IMG/VR virus record: IMGVR_UViG_3300030330_000778
Location: 1 to 56,730 of that record
Length of the DNA: 56,730 bases
Strand: one strand, 5' to 3'
Source: a virus
Taxonomy: Duplodnaviria; Caudoviricetes
Positions 30,397 through 39,018 of this stretch are shown in pieces. The position numbers and the translations under genes are program-made. Position 1 is the first letter of the stretch, and every line of letters begins with the position of its first letter. Under the pieces are notes generated by a model that saw only the letters and a list, made by a program, of their open reading frames with translations, was not told the DNA's origin and made no database searches.

Positions 30397-30528
30397 TATA
30401 AAAAAAATATATCTTAGTAGTTAATTAGTAACTATTTAGTTACTCTATAGATATATTATACACTATTTATTATAAATATACAATAGTAATATATAAAAAA
30501 ATATATCTTAGTAGTTAAATAGTTACTA
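30397..30528. repeat. Imperfect ~37-bp direct repeat (30397..30434, 30492..30528)
   Basis: tataaaaaaa(a)tatatcttagtagttaa(t/a)tagt(a/t)acta twice. Confidence 0.85.
30455..30483 (-). promoter_or_regulatory. Sigma70-type promoter for terL arm
   Basis: TTGTAT-17-TATAAT. Confidence 0.55.
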
Positions 30529-30684
30529 ATTAGTACCGCACTGTGGTATTTTAGCAACAATGATAGATATCTTTTTTATTTTGATTATAAAGCCTTGTAT
30601 TTTTGTTCTTAAATCAGGGTTCCTTTTTCTTGTCTTGTGTGCTGTGTAAATTTTTTGTGTAGGCCTATGCAAAAAAGACAAAAA

Positions 30685-30699
30685 GAACAAAACAAGAAC
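30685..30699. promoter_or_regulatory. Alphaproteobacterial LexA-box-like site
   Basis: GAAC-N7-GAAC (GTTCTTGTTTTGTTC on minus strand). Confidence 0.45.
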
Positions 30700-30727
30700 A
30701 TAAGGTATCTCTTTTTTGTGTCTCAAA

Positions 30728-30747
30728 TAGATGCAACGTTGCATCTA
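30728..30747. repeat. Perfect 20-bp palindrome, copy 1
   Basis: TAGATGCAACGTTGCATCTA. Confidence 0.9.
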
Positions 30748-30846
30748 ATTAGGACTAATTGACGATCTGGCCATATAATATCTCTGTAGTTGGCTCTATA
30801 ATGCAAAAAAAAATGCAAAAAAAGGCCTAATCAGATAAAAAAAAGC

Positions 30847-30875
30847 TTTACAAAGTAGCCCTAATACTATTTAAT
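30847..30875 (+). promoter_or_regulatory. Early sigma70-type promoter with upstream A-tracts
   Basis: TTTACA-17-TTTAAT preceded by several A-runs. Confidence 0.55.
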
Positions 30876-30950
30876 GATTATATCAGATGGCAACGGGGTG
30901 GCCACTGGTGACGATATTTCGACACCCCTTAGACGATAAGGAACTTTAAT

Positions 30951-31583
30951 ATGACTAAAGTAATTAGACACATAAACACAACCAACGTCTTAAAAGCTAT
31001 CGTGATAGCTAACAAAGATTTGGCTGAGATTGAAAAGGCAGATCAAGCTACAAAAAAGAGGATTGAGAATTGCGCCTTGATAGGTGCGGCAATCAATGCA
31101 ACGTGTGCAAAGATGGACTCTGAGAGATTTACTAAGAAAGCCCTCAATGCATTTAATGAGGAATACCCAGAAAACAAGCTTGGCGAAGTTCTAAAGGGAA
31201 ACAAGTTAGCCAAGTTCGTAGCTACTTGCCGAATGTGTGCTGTTAATACTGAGGCAGTGATTAAATTTGTAGAGGAACGGAACAAAAAATCTACCGGGGA
31301 AAATAAACTATCTATGAGCAGTCTCAAGACTGTATTTGATAGGAACGTCACTAGAGTAGACAACACTGAGGCGGTTACCAGTGACACTGACACCACTAGC
31401 TCAGGTAGTGAGCCAGAGGCTAAAAGTGACACTGACTCTCTCACTAGTAAGCTTAGAGCTGGCGCAAAGTTCGTGGAAGATATAACCAAGGGTACTGACA
31501 TATCACCGTTAGAATATGTCCAAGCGTTAGAAAAACTATACAAGCAAACGCCAGTACAACGTGCTTTAAATATAGCCAAGTAA
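30951..31583 (+). CDS. First early gene, hypothetical
   Basis: AAGGA SD; own promoter and terminator. Confidence 0.75.
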   Translation: MTKVIRHINTTNVLKAIVIANKDLAEIEKADQATKKRIENCALIGAAINATCAKMDSERFTKKALNAFNEEYPENKLGEVLKGNKLAKFVATCRMCAVNTEAVIKFVEERNKKSTGENKLSMSSLKTVFDRNVTRVDNTEAVTSDTDTTSSGSEPEAKSDTDSLTSKLRAGAKFVEDITKGTDISPLEYVQALEKLYKQTPVQRALNIAK

Positions 31584-31607
31584 CACCACCACTACATAGC
31601 AAACTAT

Positions 31608-31634
31608 AGAGGCCTTTCGAGGCCTCTTTTTTTT
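31608..31634 (+). terminator. Rho-independent terminator
   Basis: AGAGGCCT-TTCG-AGGCCTCT + T run. Confidence 0.9.
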
Positions 31635-31650
31635 GTCTTTTTTAGGGTGT

Positions 31651-31679
31651 TTGCCACCACTGCTAGCCCATGCGATAAT
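31651..31679 (+). promoter_or_regulatory. Sigma70-type promoter
   Basis: TTGCCA-17-GATAAT with extended -10 TG. Confidence 0.5.
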
Positions 31680-31712
31680 AAGAAAGTAAGAGAAACATAG
31701 GGAGATAAACGC

Positions 31713-31937
31713 ATGGCAAAGCAACAACGGACGTATTGGCCTAATTATACACCACTAGGTAATAGTGATTATAGCGACAGAACACTAACGGATAATAATT
31801 TTGGATTACTTAGACGCAAAGGTGATGCCATTGGTAAACATTGGGGACAGGGTGCTTGTGTTACATCTAAGAAAAGCAGAGCATTAGTCAGTCTAGACAA
31901 TGCCGTTCGTAGACTTAGAGATGAAATCTATAAATAG
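31713..31937 (+). CDS. Early hypothetical protein
   Basis: GGGAG SD. Confidence 0.65.
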   Translation: MAKQQRTYWPNYTPLGNSDYSDRTLTDNNFGLLRRKGDAIGKHWGQGACVTSKKSRALVSLDNAVRRLRDEIYK

Positions 31938-31954
31938 ATGCAACGTTGCATCTA
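31935..31954. repeat. Perfect 20-bp palindrome, copy 2
   Basis: 26 nt identical to 30725..30750. Confidence 0.9.
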
Positions 31955-32069
31955 ATTGAGACACCTAAGAATGGGAGAATTGAAACAATGATTAAAACAA
32001 TGTTTGAAACAATTATATTAGGAATGTTACTAACATTTATATTATTTATTGGAACGGTGGTATTATAAA

Positions 32070-32288
32070 ATGAAAACAATATTATTAATTACAAGCTTTA
32101 TTAGTACAATATCAATTATAACAGTTATAAATATTGATTTGTTACTTGGTATTATGTTAATAATTGTAGCTGTTATGTCTTTTATTTGTTTTCTTTTTGA
32201 AGCAATACAAGATTATAACCTTGCACAAGAGTACCCAAATTTATGCGGTAAAAGAATACCCAAATTTATGAGAAAGGAAGTAAAATGA
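32070..32288 (+). CDS. Small membrane protein
   Basis: Two hydrophobic helices. Confidence 0.5.
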   Translation: MKTILLITSFISTISIITVINIDLLLGIMLIIVAVMSFICFLFEAIQDYNLAQEYPNLCGKRIPKFMRKEVK

Positions 32289-32436
32289 AAACATCACTTT
32301 ATGCAACAGAACCACTGATATATAAAACAAAAACACAACCACTAATGAGATGGCATACATATGGAGACATACAGGCTAATGATATATTGAAACATAGAGA
32401 GGAGATGGTAAATATATTAATGAAACAGGACAGTTG

Positions 32437-32464
32437 AGAGGGGCTTTACAGCTCCTCTTTTTTT
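32437..32464 (+). terminator. Rho-independent terminator
   Basis: AGAGGGGCT-ttac-AGCTCCTCT + T run. Confidence 0.75.
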
Positions 32465-32505
32465 GGTATATTTAATTTAATTAACTGTTACGGAGAACAG
32501 AATAA

Positions 32506-33261
32506 ATGAAAATTAAACAGCTAAAACCTAAAGGTTATATTATATATGATGGCCGATCTCAAATAGATGGTTTACCTATAGTAGTTATTGCATTAGAGGA
32601 TTCTAAAAATAACAAAACAGGTAAAATGCTACAAACTCTTATTGTTAGAAAAGATATTGACCCTATTACGGCAAGCAGAACAGGTGCAGATTATAGTATA
32701 TGCGGTAGCTGTATACATAGGGGAGTACCGCATAATGGTAGCAAAGGTGGAGCAAAGAAACGTAGCTGTTATGTTATGTTACTTATGGTTTTAAGTGTAT
32801 ATAAAGCATATATAAAAGGTAATTATAAAACTATGTTAGGCCATAAAAATATACAATCAGTAGGCGACAATCAATTTGTGCGACTAGGTACATATGGAGA
32901 TCCTGCCGCAGTACCCTCTTACATATGGGAAAGTCTATTGTCTAATAGCAAAGGTCATACGGCATACAGCCATCAAGCTAACATAGAATCTGCTGACTTT
33001 AGGCCAGACATATTCATGCGTAGTGCAGATAACTTGACAGAAGCAAAGCAAGCATGGCAGAATGGTGAGCGTACTTTTAGAGTGACAACTAACGAGAATG
33101 ATGTAGTGAAAGGTAAAGAAATTATATGCCCTGCTACACCAGAGGGAGGACAGAAAACTAATTGTATTAAATGTTTATTATGTTCAGGTAATACCAAACA
33201 AGCAAAATCAATAGCAGTTGTTGTGCATGGTGCAGGTAAAAAGCATTTTGCTACAGCATAA
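32506..33261 (+). CDS. Cys-rich putative Fe-S/radical-SAM-like phage protein
   Basis: N.KTG, CGSC...CY, RLGTYGD, YSH, CPA..C..C..C motifs. Confidence 0.55.
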   Translation: MKIKQLKPKGYIIYDGRSQIDGLPIVVIALEDSKNNKTGKMLQTLIVRKDIDPITASRTGADYSICGSCIHRGVPHNGSKGGAKKRSCYVMLLMVLSVYKAYIKGNYKTMLGHKNIQSVGDNQFVRLGTYGDPAAVPSYIWESLLSNSKGHTAYSHQANIESADFRPDIFMRSADNLTEAKQAWQNGERTFRVTTNENDVVKGKEIICPATPEGGQKTNCIKCLLCSGNTKQAKSIAVVVHGAGKKHFATA

Positions 33262-33277
33262 GATAAGGAGAAGCGAC

Positions 33278-33517
33278 ATGAAAAAAATAATCCACATTAA
33301 TCAGCACATCATTAAACGTAATGCGAAAACTGGAGAGCGTAACCCTGTTATTACTTGTAAAACATACAAGTCTAATGACTATGCTCATGAAGTTGCTATT
33401 GATGGGGCATGTAAAATAATATATAGTCCAGACAAGAAACTACCTTGTGGAGCACAAGTGTGGATAGAAACAGAAGCAGGGGTAGAATTAAAAATTGTAG
33501 AGGAGACTTTAAAATGA
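33278..33517 (+). CDS. Conserved small phage protein
   Basis: IHINQH...YSPDK..CGA.VWIET; AAGGAG SD. Confidence 0.7.
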   Translation: MKKIIHINQHIIKRNAKTGERNPVITCKTYKSNDYAHEVAIDGACKIIYSPDKKLPCGAQVWIETEAGVELKIVEETLK

Positions 33518-33825
33518 AATTACGTGATGATCTAGAAAATAAAATACTTAAATCTGTAATTAAAGAATTACACAAACTTACTATGCATTCATGGGAATAT
33601 TATGAAGAAGATATGTGGATAGATGTGTATGATAAAGTAGATGATGCTACATATTCTGTTAATATATCTTGGGAATATTATAAAGATTACGATGAAACCA
33701 TTAAATTTAATTTAGTAACTCCATTCAATGTAGTTGTATATCCTACAGAGGAATATGAAAATGAACAGGGTGAAGTACGTATTAGAGAAATAACAGATGG
33801 AGATTGTGTAGTACTTATGAATTAA
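33514..33825 (+). CDS. Acidic hypothetical protein
   Basis: GAGGAG SD; overlap with upstream stop. Confidence 0.6.
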   Translation: MKLRDDLENKILKSVIKELHKLTMHSWEYYEEDMWIDVYDKVDDATYSVNISWEYYKDYDETIKFNLVTPFNVVVYPTEEYENEQGEVRIREITDGDCVVLMN

Positions 33826-34008
33826 ATTAATTTTTTTGATTAAATATAGGAGTATAATTATGAGTAGACATTGGGTAGTAGAAGCATCAAGAGAAGATAG
33901 ATACCATGAGATATGGATAGACCTTGTACAAAATGGTATGCCTACACATGAAGCTGACATACAAGCAGAAATACTTTTAGAACAAGAAGAAGAAGAAAGA
34001 GGTTAGTC

Positions 34009-34212
34009 ATGCCAATATGTAGTTTTAAAATACCTTGTGAGACTTGTGATGGACAAGGTAAATTAGCATTAGGTAATGGGAATGATCCATCTGTTCCAAT
34101 AGTAGACTGTGATGAATGTAATGGTGGGTGGAGAGCAGTGCAAGAAGAATATGAAGATACTTTAGATGTATTGGATGATTTTCCAGAAGCAGTAAACATT
34201 GTTGCTAGTTAG
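34009..34212 (+). CDS. Small Zn-finger protein (DnaJ-type CxxCxGxG repeats)
   Basis: CETCDGQG...CDECNGG. Confidence 0.6.
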   Translation: MPICSFKIPCETCDGQGKLALGNGNDPSVPIVDCDECNGGWRAVQEEYEDTLDVLDDFPEAVNIVAS

Positions 34213-34222
34213 GAGGAGTAAA

Positions 34223-34495
34223 ATGAAACAGAAATTTACTTTAGTAACATTTGAAATTCGTGATGGTGAACACGCTTATTATGATCACACTATCTTTAAA
34301 AAAGACCCCAACGATCTTGGCTATCAGGGTGGTGGTTTTGCCACAGACACGAGTGAAAGTGAGATAATCAAGGAGGCATATGGGGAAGATTTTGAATGTG
34401 ACTATAGAGAAGTTATAGTTTACTCTACTCAAAAAATAACAAGAGCAGAAGTAGACACACTTCAAAAACTTCATGTAGCTTTTATAAATTATTAA
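34223..34495 (+). CDS. Hypothetical protein
   Basis: AGGAGGAG SD before MKQKF. Confidence 0.6.
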   Translation: MKQKFTLVTFEIRDGEHAYYDHTIFKKDPNDLGYQGGGFATDTSESEIIKEAYGEDFECDYREVIVYSTQKITRAEVDTLQKLHVAFINY

Positions 34496-34658
34496 ATAGG
34501 AGAAATAAAATAATGTTATATAGAGAATGGTTAAATCAGGTTTATAATATAAATTATGTACACTGTACAATACAAGAAGTATTGAATGGAAATATTGATA
34601 CTTGGATGTTAGAAGAATCATTAAAATATCTTGAAGAAATCAGAGAGGAAATATAAAA

Positions 34659-34865
34659 ATGGTTAAATATAAAGTATACGTTAGATATAATACAGAACAC
34701 AGAATATATATCAGTGCAAACAATGAAGAGGAAGCACAAAAGAAAATCAATAATATAAAAACACAGTATGAAAAATCTTTAGTAACTGAAAATACAGAAA
34801 GGGTTATTGAAACAGAGAATCATACTATAGAAGTACAGGAGTTGAAGATTGACAAAGAGTTCTAA
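34659..34865 (+). CDS. Hypothetical protein
   Basis: ISANNEEEA motif of small phage proteins. Confidence 0.55.
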   Translation: MVKYKVYVRYNTEHRIYISANNEEEAQKKINNIKTQYEKSLVTENTERVIETENHTIEVQELKIDKEF

Positions 34866-34969
34866 AGAAGTGTATACTTCTGCTAAGATTGCAGAACTAG
34901 AAAAGAGACTAAAAAAATTAGAGTACATGATACCAATTATTTATGATTGTCTAACAGAAGGAGAGAAAA

Positions 34970-35191
34970 ATGACAGAGTTAACAGTATACAACCTAGAAA
35001 ATATTGAAGTTTCAGAATCCCTATGCAAGGGGGGAAGATGTATTACTGTATCAATAAAAAGTGGGGGTCATAATGAACATTCAACCACAACAGACATAGA
35101 ATTATTTACTAATAATCGTGATAAATCTTTTCATGACTATATCCCAGAAGAATGGGATTGTGCCTCATATCTAGATATGAAGTATAGGTGA
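34970..35191 (+). CDS. Hypothetical protein, tandem paralog 1
   Basis: Paralog of the next gene with the same leader. Confidence 0.7.
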   Translation: MTELTVYNLENIEVSESLCKGGRCITVSIKSGGHNEHSTTTDIELFTNNRDKSFHDYIPEEWDCASYLDMKYR

Positions 35192-35215
35192 TTGTCTAAC
35201 AGAAGGAGAGAAAAA

Positions 35216-35419
35216 ATGACAGAAGTAACAGTACACCGCACAGAAGATATTAAAGTTTCAGAGTCCATACATGATTGGGGAAGATGTATCACTGTATCAA
35301 TAACAAGTGAAGATTATAGTGGACATTCAACCACAACAGATATAAGACTATTCACTAACGATCCTGATAAATCTTTTCATGACTATATTCCAAAAGAAAA
35401 AGCAGAGGTGATAGTCTAA
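35216..35419 (+). CDS. Hypothetical protein, tandem paralog 2
   Basis: Shares VSES, GRCITVSI, HSTTTDI, DKSFHDYIP. Confidence 0.7.
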   Translation: MTEVTVHRTEDIKVSESIHDWGRCITVSITSEDYSGHSTTTDIRLFTNDPDKSFHDYIPKEKAEVIV

Positions 35420-35569
35420 TGCAGTTAGATACAGCTATGTACAATCATGTTAAAATTTTACAAGCAGAGATAGAGATTTTAAAAAGTAAAATTGATCCCA
35501 AGATTGGAGGTCAGGGGCATATACACACTACTATAAACACATTAGAGCATAGAATACAGGAGATAATAA

Positions 35570-35755
35570 ATGAAAACATTTGAAGTAACATTTGATAATG
35601 GTGAAACACACACCATAGAAGTAGAAGATTGGAAAAAAGGTACAGAAACATTATTACAAAAATTAAAAAAGATAAGTAGTTCTGGTTCATATGAGCCTTG
35701 GACTATACTAACTATCTTACAAAAAGGAGAAAATAAAAATGGCAAGACGACTTAA
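35570..35755 (+). CDS. Hypothetical protein
   Basis: AGGAG SD. Confidence 0.55.
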   Translation: MKTFEVTFDNGETHTIEVEDWKKGTETLLQKLKKISSSGSYEPWTILTILQKGENKNGKTT

Positions 35756-36056
35756 TTATTCTACATCTTTAAGACAAGATGTGTTACTATTATTTGATGA
35801 AGGACTAACTGCCACACAAGTAGCAAAGATAGTTAATAAAAGATTTAGATCAGAGACATTAGGCAATTTGTCTAGATGTGCGGCATTAGGTATTAAGTGG
35901 AGAGCAGGTAAGTGTAAGAAAAGTTATCGTTCTTATTACTATCCACCTAGAAGATCAACAAGTTATAATAAATCTTTAGCGTACAATGAAAAAGAAGATT
36001 TTAAAAGTAAATATGAAGTTTCTATAAAACGGTTACAAACTGCATTGAAAGGATAA
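35739..36056 (+). CDS. GcrA-like HTH regulator
   Basis: LFDEGLTATQVA...SRCAALGIKWR resembles the GcrA N-terminal LWxEGLSASQIA...TRNAVIGKxHR. Confidence 0.6.
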   Translation: MARRLNYSTSLRQDVLLLFDEGLTATQVAKIVNKRFRSETLGNLSRCAALGIKWRAGKCKKSYRSYYYPPRRSTSYNKSLAYNEKEDFKSKYEVSIKRLQTALKG

Positions 36057-36060
36057 TAAA

Positions 36061-36939
36061 ATGCAACAATTACTTGATATGAATAGAGATATTATGTTTT
36101 CTGTACATGAGCAAAATGTACATGGCATGGATGGATTATATGCACCAGACAAAAAGATGTTGTGGAGTGGAAGTGGAGATGATAAACGTAATTATATATC
36201 TGTAGTAAATAAAAACTACCATGTAGTACAGAATATAGAAGTATTAGAACCACTACAAAAACAGATGATAAATTACTTTGATCCTATTGTACTAGAAGAT
36301 GTACAAATTAAAGATACTATACTTAAAAATGGTAAAGTATGTTATTCTGAATACATCTTTCCTAAAATTAAACATGGAATTGAAACTGATGTAGGTCATA
36401 AGACTGAGTTTGGTCTACGTTTTGTTATGAAGAATAGTTTTGATGGTCAGGGATCAGTAGTTATGTGGTCTGGTCTGATAGACTTCTTTTGTACAAATGG
36501 TACGGTGACAGGTAAGTATGATGTAACTCGTAAGAGACATACTCGTAACTTTAATACAGATGGTTTTATAAATGCTTTTGAAGTTACTATGAATAATCAT
36601 AAAGAAATTGTTGATGGTTATCAGAGACTAGCAGATAAGAAAGTAAAGTATGCACAAGTTGTGAACTTGTTTGATACCCTTACTAAAAGAGAGATTCCGG
36701 CTCAAAGGTCTGGTACACTTTCAGATAGATTATCTGATCAGTACATTATTGAGAAATGCAATCGTGGTGGTAATGCTTTTGCTGTAATGTCTGCCATGAC
36801 ACACTATGCCTCTCATGGTACAGGTGCATTTAACTTGACTCGTACTGGAGATCAGGGTACACTTTACAAACGTCAAGAGAAAGTAACTAACTGGTTACGT
36901 TCTGATACTTGGAAAGAGTTTGTCGCTGAAGCTGCATAA
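36061..36939 (+). CDS. DUF932-like protein
   Basis: NSFDG..S, FCTNG, RH, AMTHYASH motifs. Confidence 0.75.
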   Translation: MQQLLDMNRDIMFSVHEQNVHGMDGLYAPDKKMLWSGSGDDKRNYISVVNKNYHVVQNIEVLEPLQKQMINYFDPIVLEDVQIKDTILKNGKVCYSEYIFPKIKHGIETDVGHKTEFGLRFVMKNSFDGQGSVVMWSGLIDFFCTNGTVTGKYDVTRKRHTRNFNTDGFINAFEVTMNNHKEIVDGYQRLADKKVKYAQVVNLFDTLTKREIPAQRSGTLSDRLSDQYIIEKCNRGGNAFAVMSAMTHYASHGTGAFNLTRTGDQGTLYKRQEKVTNWLRSDTWKEFVAEAA

Positions 36940-36951
36940 TGCAGTAAACTA

Positions 36952-36998
36952 TGGAAGGTAAAGACTTATTAATTTAAGTTTTTACTTTCCACTTTTTT
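36952..36998 (+). terminator. Hairpin terminator
   Basis: TGGAAGGTAAAGACTTA / TAAGTTTTTACTTTCCA + T run; TGnTATAAT follows at 37000..37008. Confidence 0.6.
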
Positions 36999-37016
36999 AT
37001 GATATAATAGAGGTTC

Positions 37017-37247
37017 ATGATGAAGATTCCTACATTTAAAAACAGAAAACAAATAGATAATTATCTTAGAGATAAGGACTCTGACCCAATAGTTTTGAGT
37101 GCTCTTGATGAATATATAAATTATCCTATTTTTGGTTATTCATTAGATCCTATAGATTATGATGATTTAAATAGTTGGATAGAGTGCCAAGTAGATATGT
37201 TTTGGTCTGGATACGAGGAGTATATTAATGACACTATCAATGCGTGA
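37017..37247 (+). CDS. Hypothetical protein
   Basis: GAGG SD. Confidence 0.6.
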   Translation: MMKIPTFKNRKQIDNYLRDKDSDPIVLSALDEYINYPIFGYSLDPIDYDDLNSWIECQVDMFWSGYEEYINDTINA

Positions 37248-37375
37248 AGCTGTAGAAGAAGCACTAGAAGTTCTTCAGATGTTATATCTAAATGGTGATA
37301 TAAAAATAAAAGATAAAGATAATCTTGCTGAAGTTATACACACGTTTAATTGTTACTTAGATGAGGGCTGTTAAA

Positions 37376-37732
37376 ATGACAAATAAAGAAGGATATTATA
37401 AATACACTGGTATACCAAAAAGTAGCACATACGATGATGGTAACTACGCAGTTACTTTTGAGATTAGTGGTGCTAAAAGTCACAAAGATGCAGTAGAAAA
37501 GATGTTGGAGATAGTGTATGGTGATGAAGCGGAAAAATATGAACAATATTTTGTAAATGTTGTACATCTTAAAGATGATAAAGAGTGTAGTCCTGTAGAT
37601 ATATACAGTGGTATAGATATGGATGAAGACGATGAAGAAGCCGAGAAGTATTTGGTTGCTGAATTTTGGCCTAAAGATTTTAAATATCAATGGCCTAATG
37701 AAAACGTAAATGATTATCGTAATATTGAGTAA
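37376..37732 (+). CDS. Acidic hypothetical protein
   Basis: ORF in early operon. Confidence 0.6.
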   Translation: MTNKEGYYKYTGIPKSSTYDDGNYAVTFEISGAKSHKDAVEKMLEIVYGDEAEKYEQYFVNVVHLKDDKECSPVDIYSGIDMDEDDEEAEKYLVAEFWPKDFKYQWPNENVNDYRNIE

Positions 37733-37737
37733 AAATT

Positions 37738-37938
37738 ATGACTAAGTTTATAATTACTCAATATGAAAATAGAATTGTTACACATCTAAGAGATTTTGAT
37801 GTGCTCATATCTGAGGAAGATGAAACTATATGTAGTTTTAATTCTTATGAAGAAGCCGCAGCATATTTATTAGATGAAGGAGTACCATTTGTTAATGGTA
37901 GATTTCTAAATAATGTAGCTATAGAGAGGTTACAATGA
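37738..37938 (+). CDS. Hypothetical protein
   Basis: ORF in early operon. Confidence 0.55.
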   Translation: MTKFIITQYENRIVTHLRDFDVLISEEDETICSFNSYEEAAAYLLDEGVPFVNGRFLNNVAIERLQ

Positions 37939-38435
37939 AAATTAATTATCAAGTAGTATTAGCATTACTTATTAGTACACTAATGATTGTTCTAATAAGT
38001 AGTAAATCTAAAGCAGATGACTTGTCTTGTCTTTCAGAGGCGATCTATTTTGAATCACGATCAGAAAGTTTTATAGCACAATTAGCAGTGGCTAATGTAA
38101 TTATAGAAAGAGTTAGAAGCCCTAGTTATCCTAATACAATATGTGAAGTTGTCCATCAAGGTAGATATATTAATGGTAATCCTGTAAGAAATAAATGTCA
38201 CTTCTCTTACTGGTGTGATGGTAAACCAGAAAGAATACACAATACAAAAGCATATAAGAAAGCAATAGATGCGGCCACACTTGCCATGAGTGGTGTTTAT
38301 GTAGAACCTACAATGGGTGCTACTCACTACCATGCAAATTATGTATCACCTAATTGGAGCATGAGTCCTAACTTTCAAATGCTTGGTATGATAGGCACAC
38401 ATATATTCTACGTTGACAATACGGTATTAAAATGA
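37935..38435 (+). CDS. Cell wall hydrolase (SleB/Hydrolase_2)
   Basis: CLSEAIYFESR, AVANV..RV..P.YPNTICEVV.Q, FSYWCDG, GATHYHA.YV.P.W. Confidence 0.9.
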   Translation: MKINYQVVLALLISTLMIVLISSKSKADDLSCLSEAIYFESRSESFIAQLAVANVIIERVRSPSYPNTICEVVHQGRYINGNPVRNKCHFSYWCDGKPERIHNTKAYKKAIDAATLAMSGVYVEPTMGATHYHANYVSPNWSMSPNFQMLGMIGTHIFYVDNTVLK

Positions 38436-38718
38436 TAGAACAAAAACAAATCAAACAACTAAAAGATATTATAGAGAAAAGAGATAGTGAAATTAAGGAG
38501 CTACGAAAAAAACTTTCTCAATATGAAAAGAATAGTAGAAATAAGTGGGTCGAGTTAGATGACAAAAATATATGACTTTGATTATTATAGATTACAGAAA
38601 GAAAAAAGATTAAGAAATGCCCTTGGTATTTCCTATGAAGATTGGAATATTATGAAAGCACATGGATACGATCCTACTTTAGAGGAAGACAGAGATAAAT
38701 TCTATGAGGATTTAAAAG

Positions 38719-38901
38719 ATGGTTAAAAACTTATGGGACAGAGAACGTAGCGATATATTTCGTGATCTCGTTCGTCAGTATGAACAAGAGGGTTACACCT
38801 CTAAAGAAGCTAAAAAGTTAGCAAAAGAAGAAGTGAATGAAGTCATGTTAGACAAAGAAAATATATTAGAATATTTTTTAGATGATGATGTGTTTGAATA
38901 G
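38719..38901 (+). CDS. Hypothetical protein
   Basis: Y..EGY..KEAKKLA motif; precedes primase. Confidence 0.6.
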   Translation: MVKNLWDRERSDIFRDLVRQYEQEGYTSKEAKKLAKEEVNEVMLDKENILEYFLDDDVFE

Positions 38902-39018
38902 ATATGTGGAAACTAATAATAAATAATAAAATATTACCTGAATCTTTTTGTACAAAGAAGGATGCAGAATTAGAGATTATTAATAGAGAGGGACTGCTTA
39001 GAGTATTAGGGGTAAAGT

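Noticed and set aside
30526-30744. 72-aa minus-strand ORF in the control region
   Set aside because: Starts inside the palindrome, has no SD and low-complexity translation
30895-30928. Hammerhead-like core (CTGGTGA...GACA)
   Set aside because: Deviates from CUGANGA/GAAA, lacks stem I and has G at the cleavage position
31043-31579. 178-aa minus-strand ORF
   Set aside because: Fully antisense to a gene that has its own promoter, SD and terminator
34944-35419. Possible DGR template/variable repeat pair
   Set aside because: Differences are not adenine-specific and no reverse transcriptase ORF is present
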